Shown one piece after another: positions 1-7,694 of a stretch of DNA of 64,000 nucleotides. The DNA is from Gemmatimonadota bacterium. Lineage in GTDB: Bacteria > Gemmatimonadota > Gemmatimonadetes > Palauibacterales > Palauibacteraceae. Location of the stretch: the NCBI GenBank assembly GCA_965116475.1, contig OZ220691.1, positions 3,556,670 to 3,620,669 on the forward strand, given 5' to 3'. Numbering within the stretch: position 1 is the stretch's first letter; each line of letters begins with the position of its first letter. Made by a program: the position numbers and the translations under genes. Below the pieces are notes generated by a model. It was given only the letters and a program-made list of their open reading frames with translations, was not told the origin of the DNA and searched no databases.

Positions 1-2
1 TG

Positions 3-899
3 GGCGAACGGCTGCGCGAACGGTGGCGCGGGTTGTCCGTCGAATACCGGTTCATCTCCACCGCCGGGGACCGGGATCGCGGGACGCCGCTTCCGGAGAT
101 CGGAGGGAAGGGGCTGTTCACCGAAGACCTCGAACGCGCGCTCCGCGAGGGGGACATCGACGTCGCGGTGCATTCCCTGAAGGACCTGCCGGCGGACCTC
201 CCGAATGGGTTGATGCTGGGGGCGATCCCTTCCCGTGAAGATGCCCGCGACGTGCTCGTGGTCCGGGATTCCCCGGTCTCCGCGCCGCGGAGCGCCGATG
301 GACGCGACCTCCTGCGACTCCTCCCCTCCGGGGCACGCGTCGGCACGTCATCGCTGCGCCGCGCCGCGCAGTTGCGCGTCGTCCGCGCCGACCTCGAGCC
401 GCGGCCGATCCGCGGGAATGTCGACACGCGGCTCCGCAAGCTGGAGGAGGGCCGCTTCGAAGCGCTGGTCCTGGCGGCGGCCGGGCTGCGGCGCCTCGGG
501 CTGTGGCCCCGCGGCGCCCACGCCCTGGATGAGAGCTGGCTGCCGGCCCCCGGGCAGGGCGCGCTCGGGCTCCAGTGTCGAGCCGGCGAGGATGACATGG
601 CTGCCCGCGTCCGGGCGCTCGACGATCCGGCCGCCCGAGCGGAGGTGACCGCCGAGCGGGCGCTCCTGGCGGCGCTCGAGGGGGGGTGCCGCGTCCCCAT
701 CGCCGCCCGTGCTTCACTGCAGGGGGAGGATCTTCTGCTGCGCGCGGCCGTCTACGATGTGGGCGGCGGCCCGCCGCTCGAGGCGGCCGACACGGGGTCG
801 CGCGCTTCGGCCGGCATGCTCGGTCGCCGGTTGGCGGAACAGTTGCTGGAGGCGGGGGCGTCCGGCCTCGTGGAGCGTGCGCGGCGGGTCAGTCCGTGA
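3..899 (+). CDS. hemC: Hydroxymethylbilane synthase (porphobilinogen deaminase), 5' end outside the window
   Basis: Motifs GKGLFT, AVHSLKD, GTSSLRR, IRGNVDTRL and LEGGC (cofactor Cys). The frame is open from position 3. Confidence 0.97.
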   Translation, partial: GERLRERWRGLSVEYRFISTAGDRDRGTPLPEIGGKGLFTEDLERALREGDIDVAVHSLKDLPADLPNGLMLGAIPSREDARDVLVVRDSPVSAPRSADGRDLLRLLPSGARVGTSSLRRAAQLRVVRADLEPRPIRGNVDTRLRKLEEGRFEALVLAAAGLRRLGLWPRGAHALDESWLPAPGQGALGLQCRAGEDDMAARVRALDDPAARAEVTAERALLAALEGGCRVPIAARASLQGEDLLLRAAVYDVGGGPPLEAADTGSRASAGMLGRRLAEQLLEAGASGLVERARRVSP

Positions 900-1533
900 G
901 GCGCCGCGAACCGTCCCCCTGAAACCCGTACACGAAGGTTACGCAGCCGGGCGTCGCCTGGGGGCAGTAGTAGCTCAGGATCCTCAGCTTCGCGTAGCCC
1001 CCCTCCGCCGTCCGGATCACGTACGTTTCATCCTTCGGCTCGAGGAGGTGGGAGAAGAACCCATACCGGTACCAGCGTTCGAGTCCGGGCGTCGCGGGGC
1101 CATCTTCCAGCCCACCCTCCGTCGTCGCGTAACCGGATGCCGGAGCCTCCGTCACGGCCTCCCACCGCGCACTCGTGGCGATGGCCCCACCGGCTCCGGG
1201 ATACCCGCTCCCGCCGTTCACGACGAGGTGGTATCGGTTGAGCGCGAGATCCCAGCCCGCGAGGGGCCCGTCGATCGCGCTCCCCTTGTCGAAATCGAAG
1301 TGGACCCACCGCGACCCGTCCCGCGCATCGACGGTGACGGTGTCCACGACGAACCGGTCCACGGGCGGGCGCGGGGCGACGGGCGTGGGAACGAAGGTGA
1401 CCGGGTCGGGCCTCACGAACGAGCCGGCGACGACGACCACGATGACCAGCAGGAACACGGCACCCGCGGCGTACAGCACAACCGGCCGGCCCCCGCCCAC
1501 CGGTTCCTCGCGCCTCACCGCCCCCGGTACCAC
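889..1533 (-). CDS. HmuY-family heme-binding protein with an N-terminal membrane anchor
   Basis: WVHFDF, WDLALNRY..VNGG, WYRY..FSHLL, YVIRTAEGGYAKLRILSYY are characteristic of HmuY-like proteins. Hydrophobic N-terminal segment. Confidence 0.8.
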   Translation of the reverse strand: MVPGAVRREEPVGGGRPVVLYAAGAVFLLVIVVVVAGSFVRPDPVTFVPTPVAPRPPVDRFVVDTVTVDARDGSRWVHFDFDKGSAIDGPLAGWDLALNRYHLVVNGGSGYPGAGGAIATSARWEAVTEAPASGYATTEGGLEDGPATPGLERWYRYGFFSHLLEPKDETYVIRTAEGGYAKLRILSYYCPQATPGCVTFVYGFQGDGSRRLTD

Positions 1534-1742
1534 GGAGAGTCGTGCCGCGTGCCGCTCAGGAACCTGGCCAGGTTGGCCAGATAGTAGGCCAGCGCCGCCG
1601 CCGCGAGCGCAAAGACCACGCCGATCGCCAGCGCTCCGAGACTCCCGGCGCGCGCGAAGATCCGGAACTCCCAGGCGGCGAAGACGGCGCAGAAGACGAT
1701 GGCTGTGGCGATGAGAAAGCGGTGAAACCCGATGATCGACAT
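1515..1742 (-). CDS. Small two-TM membrane protein (75 aa, MSIIGFHRFLIATAIVFC...)
   Basis: ATG at 1742, two hydrophobic helices, overlaps the start of the HmuY-like gene. Confidence 0.65.
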   Translation of the reverse strand: MSIIGFHRFLIATAIVFCAVFAAWEFRIFARAGSLGALAIGVVFALAAAALAYYLANLARFLSGTRHDSPWYRGR

Positions 1743-1870
1743 GGGATGTTCCGATTCACGGTGGACTTCGGTCCGTCTGCCGAACATCGTACGAAAGCGG
1801 GACACGCGCCGAAACGTCGCGTCCGCCCCCTGTTGACCCTCCACCGGCCCGATTGGAGCTTCCACTCCCC

Positions 1871-2761
1871 ATGAGTTCCGGATTTCGTACCTACCACGAC
1901 GTGGACGAACTGCGTTCCGATCTCCCGGATCAGATCGCGGCCGGGGACGAGCGCGTGTCGGTGCGGCTCGCCTCCGTCGCGCGCGTCATCGCCGTGATGA
2001 GCGGCAAGGGCGGCGTGGGGAAGAGCCTCGTCTCCGCCCTCCTCGCGACCGCGCTTGCCCGCCGCGGGGATCGCGTGGGCCTCGTCGACGCGGACCTGAA
2101 CGGCCCCAGCGTGCCGCGCCTGCTCGGTGTCGAGCCGGGGCCTCTCGCCGAATCCCGGGACGGGTTCGCGCCGCCGTCCTCGCGCGCCGGGGTCCGCGTC
2201 ATGTCGATGGCGTTCCTCGTGGAGCCGGACCGCGCCCTCACATGGCGCGAGCCCGCCGACGCCGGCTTCGTGTGGCGGGGCGCCCAGGAGCGGGGGGCGC
2301 TGCGGGAATTCCTGTCGGATGTCGCGTGGGGGGAGCTGGATGTGCTCCTCGTGGACCTTCCGCCGGGCACCCAGCGGCTCGCCGAACTCCACGCGCTCGT
2401 CCCCGGACTCGCGGGCATCCTCGCGGTCACCATCCCGAGCGCGGCCTCCCGCGATGCCGTGGCCCGTTCGCTCGATCTCGCCCGGAGACGTGGTCTCCCC
2501 CTCCTGGGACTCGTGGAGAACCTGTCGGGGGTTCGCTGCGACGCCTGCGGAGGGCTCGCGCCTCTGCACGCCGGAGATGCCGGGGCGGAACTGGCGAAAC
2601 GCTTCCAGACCCGCCTGCTCGCCCGCCTCCCCTTCGACGCGGCGCTGGGGGCCGCGGCGGATGAGGGGCGGCTCGAGCGGTGGCTGGCCGACGGGGGCGG
2701 AACCGCCGTTGCGCTCCGGAGGATGGTCGACGCCCTTCGCGCGGCGCCCGTGACGCCATGA
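1871..2761 (+). CDS. Mrp/NBP35 (ApbC-like) P-loop ATPase, Fe-S carrier
   Basis: SGKGGVGKS Walker A, DADLNGPS, WRG, DLPPGT, VENLS..RCDAC. Confidence 0.92.
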   Translation: MSSGFRTYHDVDELRSDLPDQIAAGDERVSVRLASVARVIAVMSGKGGVGKSLVSALLATALARRGDRVGLVDADLNGPSVPRLLGVEPGPLAESRDGFAPPSSRAGVRVMSMAFLVEPDRALTWREPADAGFVWRGAQERGALREFLSDVAWGELDVLLVDLPPGTQRLAELHALVPGLAGILAVTIPSAASRDAVARSLDLARRRGLPLLGLVENLSGVRCDACGGLAPLHAGDAGAELAKRFQTRLLARLPFDAALGAAADEGRLERWLADGGGTAVALRRMVDALRAAPVTP

Positions 2762-3201
2762 AGTTCCTCTGCGTGGACTGCGATCGGCAGATGGCCTTCG
2801 ACGAGCGGGCCGTACCCGGCGACGGCACGATGGCCGCCGTGTTCCGGTGTCCCGCCTGCGGCCGCAAGACGGCGATGCTTGCGAACCCGATGGAGACGCA
2901 ACTCGTGAGTTCGCTCGGCGTGAAGGTGGGAGGCCGGACGGTACCGAACGAGAACTTCGAGGGCATTCGCGGCGGCGTGGCGGAGCCGCGCGACGAAGCC
3001 CTGTCCCAGCCCCCGTTGACGAAGCCCGGGCCTGTACGCTGGAACGTGGACGCGGTCGAGCGCCTGGGTCACGTCCCCTCCTTCGTGCGGGGGATGGTGA
3101 AGAAGATCTACAACGAATACGCCCTGGAGCGCGGGATCGAGGAGATGACGCCCGCCGTCATGGACCGGGCCCGGTCCGATCTCGGGCTGGAAGGGATGTA
3201 G
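2758..3201 (+). CDS. Zn-ribbon-like (CxxC...CxxC) protein with a C-terminal PCP_red-like domain
   Basis: ATGA overlap with the Mrp stop. CVDC and CPAC motifs; C-terminus WNVDAVERLGHVPSFVRGMVKKIYNEYALERGIEEMT. Confidence 0.8.
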   Translation: MKFLCVDCDRQMAFDERAVPGDGTMAAVFRCPACGRKTAMLANPMETQLVSSLGVKVGGRTVPNENFEGIRGGVAEPRDEALSQPPLTKPGPVRWNVDAVERLGHVPSFVRGMVKKIYNEYALERGIEEMTPAVMDRARSDLGLEGM

Positions 3202-3207
3202 GGGGCC

Positions 3208-3498
3208 GTGACGGACGGCGGTGAACGCGTGGGAGACCCGGGGGAAGGGATGGAGGTTCCGGACCCGTCCGTGGAGCGCGAGGTCCACGGACTCCGCGCC
3301 GTCATCGACCGCGACCTGTGCGTCGGCTTCGGAGACTGCATCGAGGAAGCGCCGGAGGCCTTCGATCTGGACGAGGATGGGGTGGCCGTGTTCACCGCAC
3401 CGGAGCATGCCTCGCGCAAGCGTTTCGTCGAGGCGTGCGCGTCCTGCCCGGTCGATGCGATTACCGTCCTCGAAGATGGGATTGAGATCGTTCCGTGA
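3208..3498 (+). CDS. Single-cluster ferredoxin, probably [3Fe-4S]
   Basis: IDRDLCVGFGDC...APEAF...CPVDAI; the second Cys position is Phe. Confidence 0.88.
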   Translation: MTDGGERVGDPGEGMEVPDPSVEREVHGLRAVIDRDLCVGFGDCIEEAPEAFDLDEDGVAVFTAPEHASRKRFVEACASCPVDAITVLEDGIEIVP

Positions 3499-4442
3499 AC
3501 GCCGGCTCCGGGCCGAAGCCGCCGCTGGTCACGGCGGAGGCGGTCTCCTGGGGCTACCCCGACGGGAGCCCGGCCCTCCGCGATCTCTCGCTCGAAGTCC
3601 GGCAGGGAGAACGCCTCGCGCTGCTCGGCCCGAACGGATCCGGCAAGTCGACCTTCCTCCGCCTCCTCGGCGGCGACGGCGCCCCGGGGATTCGCCGGGA
3701 CCCCACCGTCGACGATGCCCGACAGCGCTGGCTCGCCCCCGATCGGCCCGCCCTCCGCACATGGCTCAGCGGGCGCGAGAATGCGGCCGTCCTCCTCGAA
3801 CTCCACGGCGCCGGACCCGGTGAGGCCCGCGCCACGGCGGACGCGTGGCTCGCGCGCTTCGGGCTCGAGGCGGACGCGGACCGCCCCGCCGGCGCCTATT
3901 CGAGCGGCATGCGGAGGCGGCTTGCCCTCGCGACCGCATTCGGGGTCGCGGCCCCGCTCCTCCTTCTCGACGAACCGCTGGCCGGGCTCGACCCCGCCGG
4001 CCGGGCCGTCTTCGCCGAGGCCCTCGCCGACCACCGCGCCGCGGGTGGGACCGCGGTGCTATCCGCCCATGATCCGGCCTTCGCGGCGGCGCACTGCGAC
4101 CGCGTCGCATTCATCGTCGACGGCCGGTGCGCCGTCGCCGACACCCCGGCGCGGCTCCTGGAGCGCGTCGGCGTCCGTCCGCGCGTGGAGATCCGGTTTG
4201 CCGCCGGACAGAGTCCCGATCCGGACACCCTCGGCCCCGCCCCGGAGGAGGTGCGCACGACGACCCGGGACGAGAGCACCGTGATCCTCGAGGTCGAGGA
4301 TCCGAGCCGGGCCCTCCCCGAGACGCTGGCCTGGGTGCTGCGCGGCGGCGCCTCCGTCGCCTCCGTCGACGTCCGGGAACCGGATCTCGCGGACGCCTTC
4401 GCGCTGCTCACGGGCCGACGCCTGAAAGAGCGCGTCCGGTGA
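3495..4442 (+). CDS. ABC transporter ATP-binding protein
   Basis: GPNGSGKS Walker A, YSSGM signature, LLLDEP Walker B, H-loop. Confidence 0.92.
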   Translation: MNAGSGPKPPLVTAEAVSWGYPDGSPALRDLSLEVRQGERLALLGPNGSGKSTFLRLLGGDGAPGIRRDPTVDDARQRWLAPDRPALRTWLSGRENAAVLLELHGAGPGEARATADAWLARFGLEADADRPAGAYSSGMRRRLALATAFGVAAPLLLLDEPLAGLDPAGRAVFAEALADHRAAGGTAVLSAHDPAFAAAHCDRVAFIVDGRCAVADTPARLLERVGVRPRVEIRFAAGQSPDPDTLGPAPEEVRTTTRDESTVILEVEDPSRALPETLAWVLRGGASVASVDVREPDLADAFALLTGRRLKERVR

Positions 4443-5146
4443 CGATCGGGCGTCTGGCGTGGCGCTCGGCCCTCCGACGGCGGCGGTTGTTCCTGTGGAA
4501 CGTCGCCGTCCCCCTCCTCCTCCTCACGCCCGTCGCCCTCAGCGCCGCCGCGGCGCCCCACCGGGTCGCCGTCTTCGGCGTATTCATCGTCTTCTTCGGG
4601 GCCTTCGGCTCCTCCATCCCCGCCGTGCGCGACGCCCGCGACGGCTGGCTCGATGAGATCCTCCGCACCGGTTACTCCGCGCCCCGCTGGCTCCTCGAGC
4701 GCACGCTCGCCGGCACGACGCTTGACGCCCTCCAGCTCGCGCCCGCGCTTCTCGTGCTCCTGTGGTCGTCCGGCGGCGCCGGCGCGGCCCCCGCCGTGCT
4801 CCTGTCCGTCCTCGCGACGCTGTGGTTCGCGAACCTGCTCGGTCCGCTCGTGGCCGCTGCGGTGCGTTCGCTCGCCGAAGCGGCCCTCGCCTCCGCGGCG
4901 CTTTCCCTCCTTCTCCTGCACTTCGCGGGCTTCTTCCGGACCCCCGGTCCGGGCTGGACCTCCCTCGTCGCCGAGTGGAACCCGTACACGCCGCTTCGGG
5001 CCGCGCTCACGGCGGGCACGGGCGGGATGCCCATGGACGCTTCGGTCTGGCTGCGCAGCCTTCTCGTCGCGGCCGGTCTCACCTTCGGAGCCGCCGTTTT
5101 CGCCTCGGATTGGACCCGCCGCCTCCGCTGGCCGAGGACGCCGTAG
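4439..5146 (+). CDS. ABC-2-type transporter permease
   Basis: GTGA overlap with the ATPase gene, about 6 hydrophobic segments, WNPYT-like motif near the C-terminus. Confidence 0.8.
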   Translation: MTIGRLAWRSALRRRRLFLWNVAVPLLLLTPVALSAAAAPHRVAVFGVFIVFFGAFGSSIPAVRDARDGWLDEILRTGYSAPRWLLERTLAGTTLDALQLAPALLVLLWSSGGAGAAPAVLLSVLATLWFANLLGPLVAAAVRSLAEAALASAALSLLLLHFAGFFRTPGPGWTSLVAEWNPYTPLRAALTAGTGGMPMDASVWLRSLLVAAGLTFGAAVFASDWTRRLRWPRTP

Positions 5147-5405
5147 GGTGGTGTCTCGGAGGTCCCCGGCTATTCGAGCGCCGATGCCTCCGTCCCCGTT
5201 TGACTTTCCCTATGGGCAGCCGCACCTTCTTGGCGCATAAGCGGGGTTCCGGACCTTCCGGCAGCCCCGAAAACCGTGGACCAGCGTCGCCGAATTCCTC
5301 GTCCGTGGCCGATTTGCGCGGGCTGCGTACATCCGGGCTTCGCACCCGGGCGAGGTTGGTGCGAGCAGCGTGAACCGGCCGCAGCAAGCCGTCCAGCGGA
5401 GCGCC

Positions 5406-7694
5406 ATGTATCGAGAGGTATTCGTCCCGGTCGATAACTCGCGCGAGTCGGACTGGGCCGTGGACCGAGCCATCGAACTTTGCGCTCGCTCCGGTGGCCG
5501 CATCACCGGCTCCCACGTCTACGCCGCACGCCTCCACGACATCCGGTTCCGCCAGCTCGAGATCGGGCTCCCGGCCCAGTTCCAGGAGCCGGCGGAAATT
5601 CGCAGACAACGCAAGATCCACGACAAGCTGATCGAGAAGGGGCTTCAGCTCATCTCCGACAGCTTCCTCGACCAGCTCCACCGCCGTTGCGCCGAAGCCG
5701 GGGTGACCCTCACGCGGCAGCTCCTCGAGGGCATCAACTACGAGGAGATCATCAACGAGGCGAACCGCGGCGGCGGGCGCCTCCCGAGCCTCATCGGCTT
5801 CGATCCCAACATCGCCCACAACTACGACGGCAGCGAGAAGCAGCGCACGGACGTCAAGCTGGGCGAGGACGGCCGCCTGCTCGCCGAAGACGAAGAGCAG
5901 GAGGAAAAGCTCGCCGGCACCTCCGGCCGCGACTACGACCTCGTCACCATCGGCGCCCACGGCCTCGGGCGGCAGGAGCGGAGCCGCCTCGGCGGCGTCG
6001 TGGCGCGCGCGCTGCGCGGGATCGAGAAGGACGCGCTCATCATCCGCGACGACCGGCCGCTGGAGGGCGGAAAGTGGCTCGTCGGCGTGGACGGCTCGGC
6101 CTACGCCTACAAGGGCCTGCGGATCGCGCTCGACATGGCCCGCGAATACGGCGCCAAGGTCTACATCGCGAGCGCCTTCGACGTGCAGTACCACCACGTC
6201 GTCTTCCACAACATCAAGGACGTGCTCTCGGTCCAGGCCTCGAAGGTGTTCAAGTTCGAGGAACAGGAAGAGCTCCACAACAACATCATCGACAAGGGCC
6301 TGCTCCGCCTCTGCAAGGCGAACATCAAGCGGGCGGAGGTGATGGCGAGCGAGTATCCCGAGGTCGAGATCGAGACCCAGGTGCTCATCGGGAAGCCCTT
6401 CGACGCGCTCCTGAAGTGGGCCGACGAGATCGACCCTTCGCTGCTCGTCGTGGCCCGCCACGGCTCGCACCGCATCGAGGGCACGGACATCGGCTCGCAG
6501 GCCGACAACCTCGTCTCCCTCGCCGACACGAACATCCTGCTCATCGGGACGGGGAACGTCCGGCCCGAGGAGATCCCCTGGATCGAGGAGGATGGCGAAG
6601 CCGGGCTCGAGTGGGCGCCCGAAGCGGAGGTGAGGATCCTGCGCGTGCCGCCGTTCGCGCTGGGGATCGCGCGCAAGGCCGTCGAGGAGTTCGTCCTCGA
6701 GCACTACGGCCCGGGGAGCCGTTACGCGGCCGCCTTCGTACCAAACCCGAAGGATGAGAAGCAGTACCGGACCTCCCGGCCGGCGGACGGAAACGCTGCG
6801 GACGGAAACGCTGCGGACGGCAAAGCCGCGACCGGCAACGGGGCCAACGGCACGGCGCAGGTGGCGCGCGACGCCCTCGAGACCGGCGCGGCCCCGTCGA
6901 TCGCCGAGGTCGGACAGGCCGCCAACGGGCGCGCCAACGGAGAGAAGGCCGAACTCTGGAACCGCGACCAGTTGCCCGTCGTGACCAACGAACGCCTCGA
7001 CGAGGCGATCAAGAAGCTCCTTCCGACCCACATGCAGCTCGTGATGGGGATCGGCGATGCGGAGGAACTCGCTCTCGCCGAGGTGAAGGCGGACGAGGCG
7101 ATGAAGCGGACCGTCGTGGAGACGAGCGACGCCGACGCCTTCGAGGCCCCGCTCCCCGTCATGGCGAAGTGCCCGGTGACGGACAACCAGATCCCTCGCG
7201 ACCGCACGGCCGCCGACCCGATCGTCTGGACGCACGAGGCGTTCGACCGGCTGGGCCGCGTGCCGCTCATCGCCCGCCCCCTCGCGCGCAACACCGTGGA
7301 GCGCTTCGCCCGCGACCAGGGCATGTGGCGCGTGACGACGCTCGTGATGGATGAGAACAAGGACGCGATGATCGCGGCCGACGAGTTCGACCTCGACACG
7401 ATGCTCGTGATGTTCAACGAGTTGAAGGCGAAGCAGGCCCGGGCCGAAGCCGCCGGCGTCGACGGCATGAGCGAGGAGATGAAGCGCTTCATCGAGGAGG
7501 CCAAGGCCTCGGGCGTGACGCGCTGTCCGATCCGCGACATCGAGCAGCAGGCGGACGACTGTCCCGTCGACTTCAAGATGGTCTCGCCCGACGACGCCCG
7601 CGCGGCGGTAGAGAAGTTCGCGCGCACGGAACTGGGAGACGAGACGGGAGCGGACACCCCTCCCGCTTCGGAGCAGGGATCTCCCGCGAAGTGA
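5406..7694 (+). CDS. Tandem universal-stress-protein domains plus two PCP_red-like domains and three Cys-Pro motifs
   Basis: MYREVFVPVDNS and WLVGVDGS USP starts; DLVTIGAHG..LGGV and LLVVARHG..IGS USP motifs; C-terminal W..EA..R..VP repeats. Strong high-expression codon bias. Confidence 0.85.
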   Translation: MYREVFVPVDNSRESDWAVDRAIELCARSGGRITGSHVYAARLHDIRFRQLEIGLPAQFQEPAEIRRQRKIHDKLIEKGLQLISDSFLDQLHRRCAEAGVTLTRQLLEGINYEEIINEANRGGGRLPSLIGFDPNIAHNYDGSEKQRTDVKLGEDGRLLAEDEEQEEKLAGTSGRDYDLVTIGAHGLGRQERSRLGGVVARALRGIEKDALIIRDDRPLEGGKWLVGVDGSAYAYKGLRIALDMAREYGAKVYIASAFDVQYHHVVFHNIKDVLSVQASKVFKFEEQEELHNNIIDKGLLRLCKANIKRAEVMASEYPEVEIETQVLIGKPFDALLKWADEIDPSLLVVARHGSHRIEGTDIGSQADNLVSLADTNILLIGTGNVRPEEIPWIEEDGEAGLEWAPEAEVRILRVPPFALGIARKAVEEFVLEHYGPGSRYAAAFVPNPKDEKQYRTSRPADGNAADGNAADGKAATGNGANGTAQVARDALETGAAPSIAEVGQAANGRANGEKAELWNRDQLPVVTNERLDEAIKKLLPTHMQLVMGIGDAEELALAEVKADEAMKRTVVETSDADAFEAPLPVMAKCPVTDNQIPRDRTAADPIVWTHEAFDRLGRVPLIARPLARNTVERFARDQGMWRVTTLVMDENKDAMIAADEFDLDTMLVMFNELKAKQARAEAAGVDGMSEEMKRFIEEAKASGVTRCPIRDIEQQADDCPVDFKMVSPDDARAAVEKFARTELGDETGADTPPASEQGSPAK
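6783..6827 (+). repeat. In-frame 15-bp tandem repeat (GCGGACGGAAACGCT x2 plus one degenerate copy; ADGNA)
   Basis: Read directly from the sequence. Confidence 0.85.

Noticed and set aside
5195..5235. Promoter or FNR-like site upstream of the USP gene
   Set aside because: A TTGACT hexamer is present, but there is no convincing -10 element or TTGAT-N4-ATCAA palindrome.
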